Source: an uncultured Clostridia bacterium
GTDB taxonomy: Bacteria > Bacillota > Clostridia > TANB77 > CAG-508
Length of the DNA: 64,000 bases
NCBI GenBank assembly: GCA_944393465.1
Contig: CALYAG010000007.1
Coordinates: forward strand, 12,844-76,843
Direction of reading: 5' to 3'
Positions 9,491 to 17,870 of this stretch are shown one piece after another. Every line of letters begins with the position of its first letter. Within the stretch, counting starts at the first letter, position 1. The translations under genes and the position numbers were made by a program. The notes beneath the pieces are model-generated. The model was not told where the DNA came from. It saw nothing but the letters and a program-made list of their open reading frames with translations, and searched no databases.

Positions 9491-9525
9491 CATAAGCCTA
9501 ACTTGATTTTGTTATTATTATAGAT

Positions 9526-9981
9526 TTAATCTAATTTATAAATAACTTCTTCACTATCCCCAACAGTATAGCCTTTTGTAATATATACTGAATTTTCTTC
9601 ATAATTTACAACATAATATGAATTTTCTTCATTTTGTACATCAAGTTCCATAGATTTTAAGTCATCATTGCTAAGAGCATAATATTTATCTAGTTTGCTT
9701 GAATCTATAATATTTTTATTTATGAAATCTGAAATAATGCTGTCATCTTGCATATCAGATAATTTTTTGCCTTTTAGCACATCTTGATTATTATTTACTT
9801 TTGTAGTTTCTTGCAATATTTTGCACTTTCCCTGTATTAAAAGCATGTTTGCTCTAATGTCCTCTATTTTTTGCTCATCTGCCGTATTAACTGCAAAATT
9901 ATATGCAAAAATAGCTATTCCTACAATTATTAATACAGATATAATAATTGCAATAATTCCCATTCCTTTTTCTGCTTTCAT
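9526..9981 (-). CDS. Hypothetical protein with an N-terminal membrane anchor
   Basis: 151 aa. GIIAIIISVLIIVGIAIFAY is a hydrophobic helix followed by a soluble domain. No family recognised. Confidence 0.5.
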   Translation of the reverse strand: MKAEKGMGIIAIIISVLIIVGIAIFAYNFAVNTADEQKIEDIRANMLLIQGKCKILQETTKVNNNQDVLKGKKLSDMQDDSIISDFINKNIIDSSKLDKYYALSNDDLKSMELDVQNEENSYYVVNYEENSVYITKGYTVGDSEEVIYKLD

Positions 9982-10236
9982 TATTTTAGTATAATTTATT
10001 TAAAATAAATTATTTCTCCTTGTATAATATTTAGATTTTTAAAGTAACCTATCACTTTTTATAGCATATTAATTAATTTCATAATAAAGCTATTAATGGT
10101 AACAGTATAACATAGATTTTCAAAAAAGTTAATAAAATGTAACATCTTTTTCACATTTTTTTCACAATTGGGTTGTATTATATATTCTAGTTAGGATAAG
10201 ATATAGTTAGAAATTTATTTTTATCTAATACTATTT

Positions 10237-10283
10237 AAGGTTTATAGGCATCCTTAAAAAACCTAAATATATATAAAAGGAAG
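10237..10283 (+). promoter_or_regulatory. Conserved ~46-nt block (copy 2), ending in the htrA RBS
   Basis: AAGGTTTATAGGCATCCTTAAAAAACCTAAATATATATAAAAGGAAG aligns with 6159-6204. Confidence 0.5.
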
Positions 10284-10290
10284 CATTAAA

Positions 10291-11574
10291 ATGGATAATC
10301 AAAATAATAATTTTATAAACACAAATGCAACAGAAACGAATTCATCAAATGGCTTTAAAACAGCCAAACCACAAAAGGCTTCAAAACCTCAAAAAGAGAA
10401 GAAACAAAGTTCAGGAGCAAGCTTTGGTAAAACAGTAGTTCTACCTTTTGTAAGTGGAATTATAGGTGCTACTTTAGTTTTGGGCGTATGTTTTAGCGTT
10501 CCTACAATAAAAAGTGAAATACTAGGAAATGACAATACTCCTCAAAGAGATAGCAGTTCTAATATTAATTATAACAATGTAAATATGAACTTAGTATCTT
10601 TATCTAGCATTTCAGATACTGGAGTATATGTTGCTCAGAAAGTATTACCTTCTATTGTTGGTATAAATGTAGAATATTCTGTAAGTTCTATATTTTCACG
10701 TAACCCATCTACTGCAACAGCTGAAGGCTCTGGTGTAATTATTAGCGAAGATGGATATATTTTAACAAATAACCATGTTATAGATTCTTCAAGCTCAAGC
10801 TCTTATTATGAAGTTGGTGAGGCAAACAAGGTTACAGTTTATTTATATAATGATGACACACCTTATGAAGCCAAAATAATAGGTACTGATGAACAAACAG
10901 ACTTAGCTGTTATTAAAATAGATAAAACTGGCTTAACAGCTGCAGAACTTGGTGACTCAGATACAGTACAAGTTGGTGAATGGTGTATGTCAATTGGTAA
11001 CCCACTAGGTATGAGAAGTACAGTTTGCCAAGGTTCAATAAGTGCTTTAAATAGACAAATTACTGATTCTGATGGAAAAACATATACTGTTATACAAACT
11101 GATGCAGCTATAAATGAAGGAAACAGTGGCGGTGCTTTAGTAAATAGTAAAGGTCAGGTTATAGGTATAAATACATTAAAAGCTTCTGGTGAAGGTGTTG
11201 AAGGTTTAGGCTTTGCAATTCCTATAAATGGCACAAAAGACATTTACTCTGACTTAATTCAATATAGTAAGGTTAAAAGACCTTATATAGGTATAACTGG
11301 TAGTGATATTACTGAAGATACTGTAAAAGCAAATCCTACATTTGACTTAAAAGTTGGCGCATATGTAAGAAGCGTTGATGACTACTCTCCTGCTGAAAAA
11401 GCTGGACTTAAAATTGGTGATATTATTGTAGAAGCCGATGGTCAAACAGTTGAAAGTATGGATGACTTAAATGAAATAAAAAATAGCCATCAAATTGGTG
11501 ATAAAATGACTTTAAAAATATACAGAAATGGCAAAGAAGAAACAGTAGAATTGACTTTAGCAGAACAACCTTAG
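10291..11574 (+). CDS. htrA: HtrA/DegP-family serine protease with a C-terminal PDZ domain
   Basis: Membrane anchor, catalytic His (TNNHV), Asp (DLAVIK) and Ser (GNSGGALVN), then a PDZ-like C-terminus (GLKIGDIIVEADG). Confidence 0.9.
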   Translation: MDNQNNNFINTNATETNSSNGFKTAKPQKASKPQKEKKQSSGASFGKTVVLPFVSGIIGATLVLGVCFSVPTIKSEILGNDNTPQRDSSSNINYNNVNMNLVSLSSISDTGVYVAQKVLPSIVGINVEYSVSSIFSRNPSTATAEGSGVIISEDGYILTNNHVIDSSSSSSYYEVGEANKVTVYLYNDDTPYEAKIIGTDEQTDLAVIKIDKTGLTAAELGDSDTVQVGEWCMSIGNPLGMRSTVCQGSISALNRQITDSDGKTYTVIQTDAAINEGNSGGALVNSKGQVIGINTLKASGEGVEGLGFAIPINGTKDIYSDLIQYSKVKRPYIGITGSDITEDTVKANPTFDLKVGAYVRSVDDYSPAEKAGLKIGDIIVEADGQTVESMDDLNEIKNSHQIGDKMTLKIYRNGKEETVELTLAEQP

Positions 11575-11577
11575 TAA

Positions 11578-11686
11578 AATTTTCAGTTGGGGACGGTCCT
11601 AAAATGAAAAAATTTCAATTAGGGATAAACCTTAAATTAAAACCATATATTTTTTCATTTTAGGACCGTCCCCAACTGAAAAAAAT
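11578..11686. repeat. REP/MITE-like palindromic element, copy 2
   Basis: TTTTCAGTTGGGGACGGTCCTAAAATGAAAAAATTT ... TTTTTCATTTTAGGACCGTCCCCAACTGAAAAAAA. It starts 5 nt after the htrA stop. Confidence 0.9.
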
Positions 11687-11842
11687 TTTTTCAAATGTAT
11701 CACACCCAGTTCACAAAATGGACAAATTTCATTATTATAATATATGCATAATCAGTAATTAAGTTACTCCGATTACTGATTGAATTTAAAAAACATCCCC
11801 TTTTATTTTCAAAAAGATGATGCTCCAAAGAGCATCATCTTT

Positions 11843-12787
11843 TTATTGATATACATATTTTTGTGGGTTTACTTGCTCGCCATTTAATCTTATTTCAAAG
11901 TGTAAATGGTTACCTGTTGAGTTTCCTGTTGAGCCTACAGCAGCTATTTTGTCACCCGCTTCTACTGTATCGCCTGCTGATACATATAATTTACTACAGT
12001 GACCATAGTATGTTTCTACACCACTTCCATGGTCTATTTTTACTAAATATCCATATCCACTACTCCATCCAGCAAATGTTACTGTACCGCTAGCTGCTGC
12101 TAGTATTGGTGTACCTCTTGTCGCTGCAATATCTATACCCTTGTGGGTATGATCTCTTATGCTTTCAACTGCACCAAATCTTGATGTTATTCTACCTGTA
12201 ACAGGTACTACCGCTAAGTAAATTCCATTGACTGTTCTACTATCAATTTCTTGTTTTTCTTCTAATTCTTCTTGTAAACTATCTGTTAATTCTTGTTTTG
12301 CAAGCTTAATTGTTTCTTCATTTACTTCATCTACGTTATCTAAATAAATTTGATTTATGACTAAGTCTGGTTCTATTTCGCTATATTGTTCTTTTAATGT
12401 AGAAACGATTTCTTCCGCTTCTTCCATTGTATTAACATAGACTTTAGTTTCTTCATTGTTTAGGTCTGCTACTTCGTACACTCTATAGACATTTTGTGCA
12501 CTTTGTTCTAAAGCAAGCATAACTTCGTCTTCATTTATTTCATTTCTACTAACTAAGCTAAATGTATATTCTACATTGTCTAGTTCAACAAATGCTACAT
12601 TTGATTCACTAGGCGTTAAAATATTTTCATTAACTTCGTTTTTAAATTTTTCTTCGTCCCCTACGTATCCTATATCTTCTCCGTTTAGACTAACACTATA
12701 TGCTGGTCTAAATTTTATAAACATTATTGCAATTATTATTGCTAAAGCAATAGCTATTATCTTAAAGAGCTTTATCGTTCGTTTCAT
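11843..12787 (-). CDS. M23-family peptidoglycan metalloendopeptidase
   Basis: N-terminal anchor. C-terminus has HTHKGIDIAA and GNSTGNHLHFEIR (HxxxD / HxH zinc motifs of LytM/M23). Confidence 0.88.
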   Translation of the reverse strand: MKRTIKLFKIIAIALAIIIAIMFIKFRPAYSVSLNGEDIGYVGDEEKFKNEVNENILTPSESNVAFVELDNVEYTFSLVSRNEINEDEVMLALEQSAQNVYRVYEVADLNNEETKVYVNTMEEAEEIVSTLKEQYSEIEPDLVINQIYLDNVDEVNEETIKLAKQELTDSLQEELEEKQEIDSRTVNGIYLAVVPVTGRITSRFGAVESIRDHTHKGIDIAATRGTPILAAASGTVTFAGWSSGYGYLVKIDHGSGVETYYGHCSKLYVSAGDTVEAGDKIAAVGSTGNSTGNHLHFEIRLNGEQVNPQKYVYQ

Positions 12788-12890
12788 ATAATATGCTATT
12801 CTTTTACTTAAAATATATGTTCACACTCCTTTTTTATTGCGACGACAACTATAATTATACCATATATTTTAAGCAATTTCAACCAATTTA

Positions 12891-12940
12891 TGCAAAAAAA
12901 GCATAAAAGTTACAGTTTTTCGTATATTTTTATGCTTTTT
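12891..12940 (-). terminator. Intrinsic terminator downstream of the 278-aa ORF
   Basis: AAAAAGCATAAAA / TTTTATGCTTTTT stem, followed on the minus strand by a run of T. Confidence 0.55.
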
Positions 12941-12971
12941 TATCAATTTTTTATTAAATTTTTATTTCCTA

Positions 12972-13808
12972 TCAAATTTGTACAATGTCCATCTCAGAAG
13001 TGTAGTTATTATTTCCATAAGCAAAGATTATATATAGCTCTCCATTTGGACCTTCTATAAAGTTTGTTATATTATCTATTTGATACATTTCATCATTTAC
13101 ATTTCTCTGATAAACTGTATAACCTGAATTAATTAATTCATTTGCATCATTGCTTGCATTTTGTACTACTGTTTTTATTCTATTTTCTACAACTGTTTCA
13201 TCAATGTCCCTATCTTCTAATATTTCTTTAACAGTAACCGCTTTATCTTCCACCAAGTCATAATTGTATGTTTGAACTATTACTCTTTGTGGGTTGTCTC
13301 CTTCTTTTATTGTTGCTTTTATTGCAACAGACAAAAGATTGTTATTAACATATGCTGTGTAATCTAGGTTATATATTGTATACACACTTGTTCCTGCCAT
13401 TACTGAATTTATTTTGTCTACAAATATACTTTGTGTTAAATTATTAAATCTTGTAACCACATCACTCTGTATATTTATAACAGGAATATTAATATTCATG
13501 CTATATTTTCCTTCTACTGTTTGATTATCTGAATAAAATGTATATACAATTTCTTTTGTATCATCTACTTTTGTTATTGTACTTTCATCATAATTTGAAT
13601 AAAACTCATTTGTAAACAAATCTATAAATGACTGATTTACATCTTGTGCTGTAACTATATTGCCTCCTGCAGATATGTCGTTTCCATAAGCATCTTGTAC
13701 TGGTTCTTTTGTAAAAAACTGAGCATATACGCCTAGGCCAATTGCTACAACGCAAAAAATAATTATAACTACATATATTATATATCTAATTGTTTTTGTA
13801 TTCATCAT
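12972..13808 (-). CDS. Hypothetical membrane-anchored protein
   Basis: 278 aa with one N-terminal TM helix (IIYVVIIIFCVVAIGLGVYA) followed by a soluble domain. No family recognised with confidence. Confidence 0.5.
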   Translation of the reverse strand: MMNTKTIRYIIYVVIIIFCVVAIGLGVYAQFFTKEPVQDAYGNDISAGGNIVTAQDVNQSFIDLFTNEFYSNYDESTITKVDDTKEIVYTFYSDNQTVEGKYSMNINIPVINIQSDVVTRFNNLTQSIFVDKINSVMAGTSVYTIYNLDYTAYVNNNLLSVAIKATIKEGDNPQRVIVQTYNYDLVEDKAVTVKEILEDRDIDETVVENRIKTVVQNASNDANELINSGYTVYQRNVNDEMYQIDNITNFIEGPNGELYIIFAYGNNNYTSEMDIVQI

Positions 13809-13972
13809 AATTTCACCCTTTCTGTTTCAAATTATATCATATAGTAAATAGATAATCAATTTTTTATGAAAAAAGATAATGCACTAGAACATATATTTTG
13901 ACTTTTAATCAATATTCTTACTTAACATTAACTTTGCACACACAAAATTCACATTTAAAACCGCTAAAATGT

Positions 13973-14001
13973 TTGACTATTTTGGCATTTTAATGTATTA
14001 T
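13973..14001 (+). promoter_or_regulatory. Candidate sigma-A promoter for clpE
   Basis: TTGACT-17 nt-TATTAT, about 100 nt upstream of the clpE ATG. Confidence 0.4.
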
Positions 14002-14102
14002 ATAATATGTATACATATGAAATTTGATTTTCATATATAATTTTAAAAAAGAAATTTTAGTGCACTTTATTTGCACACAAAAATAGATTGGAGAATACAA
14101 AT

Positions 14103-16448
14103 ATGTTATGTTCAGATTGTAAAAAAAATACAGCCGTTATATTTGTTAATATACAAGACAAAGACGGCAAAATGAAGACAGAGGGATATTGTTATGATTG
14201 TGCTAAAAAAAGAGGCATTAATCCTTTAAATGCTTTTTCTAACACATCAAATCTTTCTGAAAGCGATTTAAATAATATGACAGAGCAGCTTAATTCTATG
14301 TTTAAAGATTTATCTGGAAACCTTGCTATTCAAGGTATTTCAGAAGAAGACTTAAACAAAATGGCTGAAGAAATGGCAAATAGTGAAGACTCAGACGAAA
14401 ATGCAGATGGACCAAAAGGATTTGCCGTTCCTCTAGGATCTATATTCTCTGGTATGTTTGGTGGTAATGGCTCAAATAATAATAACAATAATTCTCAAAC
14501 TCGCCAGGCAGTTAAAGAAGATAAAAAAGCTAATAAAAAATTAAAAACACTTTATACATATGGTACAAATTTAACTAATAAGGCTAGAAATAACGAAATA
14601 GACAGAGTTATTGGTAGAGAAAAGGAAATTGCAAGAGTTATACAAATATTAAATAGAAGAACGAAAAATAATCCTTGCCTAATTGGTGAGCCGGGTGTTG
14701 GTAAAACAGCTATTGCACAAGGTTTGGCCATAAGAATTGCTGAAGGCAATGTTCCTGCTAAACTTTTAAACAAAGAAGTATTTTTACTAGATATGACAGC
14801 CATTGTCGCAGGTACACAATTTAGAGGTCAATTTGAGGCAAGAATGAAAGGTATTATAGAAGAATGCAAAGCTGCTGGCAATATAATTTTAGTAATAGAT
14901 GAAATACACAATATAATAGGTGCTGGTGATGCAGACCACTCAATGAATGCAGCAAACATTTTAAAACCTTCACTAGCTGATGGTACAATTCAAGTTATTG
15001 GTACAACTACTTTAAATGAATACAGAAAATATATTGAAAAAGATTCAGCTTTAGAGAGAAGATTTCAACCAGTAATGGTCGAAGAGCCATCTGTTTCAGA
15101 TAGTATAGAAATATTAAAAGGTATTAAAAAATATTATGAAGATTATCACAAAGTTCAAATACCAGATGACGTTATTCGCCAAACTGTAATTATGTCAGAA
15201 AAATACATACATGATAGATTTTTGCCAGACAAAGCTATAGACGTCTTAGATGAAGCTTGTTCTAGAATTAATCTAAATAACAAAGATTTATACGACTTAG
15301 AGATACTTAAAAATAAATTATCTGATGTTCAAGCCCAAAAAGAAGCCGCTGCAGAAGCTGATTCTACAGAAGATTATAAAAAAGCTGCTGAGCTAAAAAC
15401 TCAAGAATGCTCTTTAACAGAGCAAATTGAAGCAATTGAAAAGCGCATGAAACCAGTAGTTTTAACTGTTCAAGATATTGCTAGAGTAATCGAAAATTGG
15501 ACCAAAATACCGGTTCAAAAGCTTACTGAAGAAGAAACTCAAAAGCTATTATCTTTGGAGGACAACCTTCATAAGCGTGTTATTGGTCAAGATGAAGCTG
15601 TATCAGCAGTTGCACGTGCTATTAGAAGAAACAGAGCAGGCTTAAAAAGCACAAAAAGACCACCTTCATTTATATTTGTTGGTCCTACTGGTGTTGGTAA
15701 AACAGAACTTGCAAAAGCTCTAGCCTCAGAGGTCTTTGGTAGTGAAGATAGCATTATTAGAATAGATATGTCTGAATACATGGAAAGCAACTCAACTGCA
15801 AAACTTATAGGTGCTCCTCCAGGATATGTAGGTTATGATGATGCAGGTCAACTAACCGAAAAAGTTAAAAGACATCCATATTCTATAGTTTTACTTGACG
15901 AAATAGAAAAAGCTCATAGTGATGTATTTAATATTTTGTTACAAGTTTTAGATGATGGTAGATTAACAGATGCTCAAGGCAATACAGTAAGCTTTGAAAA
16001 TACAATAATTATAATGACATCAAATGCAGGTTCTAACCAAAACATGAATTCAATAGGTTTTGGAACAAGTACATATGCTAAAAATAAAGTTTTAGACAGC
16101 TTAAAAGAAACATTTAGACCTGAATTTTTAAATAGAGTAGACGAAATAGTAATATTTAATCCTTTAAGTAATGACGAATTAATGCAAATAGTTGATTTAA
16201 TGCTTGCAGATACTCAAAATGTTTTAAATGATAAAAACATTAAAATGTACGTTTCAGATGAAGCTAAAAAATATTTATTACAAAAAGGCACGGACATTAA
16301 ATATGGTGCAAGACCTTTAAGAAGAGCTGTTCAAAGATATGTTGAAGATGAGCTTTCAGATATGTTACTAAAAAATGAACTAAAAATTGGACAAAAAGTA
16401 TATATTGATTTAAAAGATGACAAACTAAGTTTTAGTGTAAAAGATTAA
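14103..16448 (+). CDS. clpE: Clp/Hsp100 AAA+ ATPase with an N-terminal zinc ribbon (ClpE-type)
   Basis: MLCSDCKK...CYDCAKK zinc ribbon replaces the ClpC N-domain. Two Walker A sites (GEPGVGKT, GPTGVGKT). Start moved to the ATG at 14103, 8 nt after GGAGAA; the track uses the TTG at 14088. Confidence 0.8.
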   Translation: MLCSDCKKNTAVIFVNIQDKDGKMKTEGYCYDCAKKRGINPLNAFSNTSNLSESDLNNMTEQLNSMFKDLSGNLAIQGISEEDLNKMAEEMANSEDSDENADGPKGFAVPLGSIFSGMFGGNGSNNNNNNSQTRQAVKEDKKANKKLKTLYTYGTNLTNKARNNEIDRVIGREKEIARVIQILNRRTKNNPCLIGEPGVGKTAIAQGLAIRIAEGNVPAKLLNKEVFLLDMTAIVAGTQFRGQFEARMKGIIEECKAAGNIILVIDEIHNIIGAGDADHSMNAANILKPSLADGTIQVIGTTTLNEYRKYIEKDSALERRFQPVMVEEPSVSDSIEILKGIKKYYEDYHKVQIPDDVIRQTVIMSEKYIHDRFLPDKAIDVLDEACSRINLNNKDLYDLEILKNKLSDVQAQKEAAAEADSTEDYKKAAELKTQECSLTEQIEAIEKRMKPVVLTVQDIARVIENWTKIPVQKLTEEETQKLLSLEDNLHKRVIGQDEAVSAVARAIRRNRAGLKSTKRPPSFIFVGPTGVGKTELAKALASEVFGSEDSIIRIDMSEYMESNSTAKLIGAPPGYVGYDDAGQLTEKVKRHPYSIVLLDEIEKAHSDVFNILLQVLDDGRLTDAQGNTVSFENTIIIMTSNAGSNQNMNSIGFGTSTYAKNKVLDSLKETFRPEFLNRVDEIVIFNPLSNDELMQIVDLMLADTQNVLNDKNIKMYVSDEAKKYLLQKGTDIKYGARPLRRAVQRYVEDELSDMLLKNELKIGQKVYIDLKDDKLSFSVKD

Positions 16449-16482
16449 TTGACAACACTACCTAGAGAAAGGAAAGATTTCA

Positions 16483-17070
16483 ATGATAAAACACATACCA
16501 AATATTTTAACAATAATTAGATTTATATTTATACCGTCTATTGTAGCAGCACTCGCTTATGACAATTATTTGTTAGCTCTAATTCTTTTTACACTTTCAT
16601 CACTTACAGATGTGCTAGATGGAAAAATCGCTAGAAAATACAATGCAATTTCAGATTTTGGAAAGCTTATGGATCCACTTGCAGACAAGCTTACACAGCT
16701 TTCTATTCTTGTAACGCTTGCTATTAAAAACGTAATTCCTTGGTGGATAGTTGTTGTATTAGTATTGAAAGAAACTGTTATGATTGCTGGTGCATCATTT
16801 CTTTATGGCAAAAGTTTGGTGGTTTCAAGTAAATGGTATGGAAAGCTTACAACAGTTTTAATTTATATTGCTGTAGTAAGTTCATGCATAATAAAAATAT
16901 TTGGTTTGTACAGATTTGATATTTACATTTACGCTTTAGCTGTAGTCTTTGCCTTATTTTCACTTATTAAGTATTTTATGTACTTTTATGGCAAAGGATA
17001 TTTACCAAATAAAGAAGAATTAAAAAAGCAGTCGGCAACTGTACCTGAAAAAAATGTTAGAAAGAAATAG
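16483..17070 (+). CDS. pgsA: CDP-diacylglycerol--glycerol-3-phosphate 3-phosphatidyltransferase
   Basis: CDP-alcohol phosphatidyltransferase motif DVLDGKIARKYNAISDFGKLMDPLADK, in a multi-TM protein of typical size. Confidence 0.85.
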   Translation: MIKHIPNILTIIRFIFIPSIVAALAYDNYLLALILFTLSSLTDVLDGKIARKYNAISDFGKLMDPLADKLTQLSILVTLAIKNVIPWWIVVVLVLKETVMIAGASFLYGKSLVVSSKWYGKLTTVLIYIAVVSSCIIKIFGLYRFDIYIYALAVVFALFSLIKYFMYFYGKGYLPNKEELKKQSATVPEKNVRKK

Positions 17071-17100
17071 AGGACTTATTCAAAGTCCTCTAGCTTTTTT
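17068..17100 (+). terminator. Intrinsic terminator of the clpE-pgsA unit, overlapping the 3' end of the convergent ORF
   Basis: TAGAGGACTT-attca-AAGTCCTCTA followed by GCTTTTTT. Confidence 0.7.
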
Positions 17101-17678
17101 GCAAGTTCATTTTGTCCATAAGCTGTAATTCCTTTTTTTAGAAGTTCAACATCTTCCTCTGGCAAGTACTGCACAGGTATATCAGTTTCTTCCTTTAAAG
17201 TCTTATTACCATCTTCATCAACAGAATAAACCACTATATTTTCATCATTAACTGTAATTAAATAATGTTCATCACAATTTCCTTGAAACTCCTTATATAG
17301 TTTTACTTCATTTGCAGAAAAACTTTCTATCTCCCAATCACTATATGCATTTTTAAAATACTCTTCATCTTTATTTACTTCATCATCATTTATTTGCTGC
17401 TTTTCTATAATTGTATGTCCACAATCAGTATAATGTTTTTCAAAAATAATGTACGCATTAGGAGAAAGTTTAACATCTGACCCACTTGTAGCAACTACAT
17501 CATTTATTGCTTTATTTGTGTTTATTATATTTGATTCAATTAATTCATTTACCTTTCTTATTTCATTTATTTGAGCTTCTTGCAAGTGGCTTCTATCTAC
17601 TATTGCATACATTATTCCACTTACCATGCCTAAAACTATCGCAATACAAACTAAAATAACAATTGTTGATTTTTTCAT
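17076..17678 (-). CDS. Hypothetical membrane-anchored protein (weak BofC-like impression only)
   Basis: 200 aa with an N-terminal TM helix. The C-terminal part (YLITVNDENIVVYSVDEDGN...LLKKGI) is reminiscent of BofC-type domains, but this was not verified. Confidence 0.45.
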   Translation of the reverse strand: MKKSTIVILVCIAIVLGMVSGIMYAIVDRSHLQEAQINEIRKVNELIESNIINTNKAINDVVATSGSDVKLSPNAYIIFEKHYTDCGHTIIEKQQINDDEVNKDEEYFKNAYSDWEIESFSANEVKLYKEFQGNCDEHYLITVNDENIVVYSVDEDGNKTLKEETDIPVQYLPEEDVELLKKGITAYGQNELAKKLEDFE

Positions 17679-17771
17679 ATACTCATCTCCAAATTTCTAA
17701 ATTGTCAAAAACTTATAACAGTTTTTGCTTTTTTCCAAATTATCTTATGAGTATATTTTTTCCAAAATTGT

Positions 17772-17870
17772 TTAAATTATACGTTGAAATGTTACTATTC
17801 ACAGCAGAGTTGTATTATATTGTAGCATAAAAACAAACATTAAGCTGTGAATAGTAACGTTGGAATTTAA
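17772..17870. repeat. Inverted repeat with 15-nt core GTTACTATTCACAGC / GCTGTGAATAGTAAC overlapping the comEC stop
   Basis: Perfect 15-bp arms at 17791-17805 and 17844-17858, plus flanking TTAAATT/AATTTAA. The 15-mer TGTTACTATTCACAG recurs in the outer arm of the composite repeat at 60784-61002. Confidence 0.75.

Noticed and set aside
9526-9981. Type IV pilin or competence pseudopilin (the N-terminus MKAEKGMGIIAII resembles a prepilin leader)
   Set aside because: It lacks the G/FTLxE processing motif and the conserved Glu at +5. No pilus or com-operon genes are adjacent.
13960-13990. CtsR operator upstream of clpE (TTTGACTATTTTGGCAT read as an inverted GGTCAAA-N3-GGTCAAA)
   Set aside because: Only one heptad (AGTCAAA) is a good match; the second matches 3-4 of 7 positions. 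The TTGACT is better explained as the -35 hexamer of a promoter.
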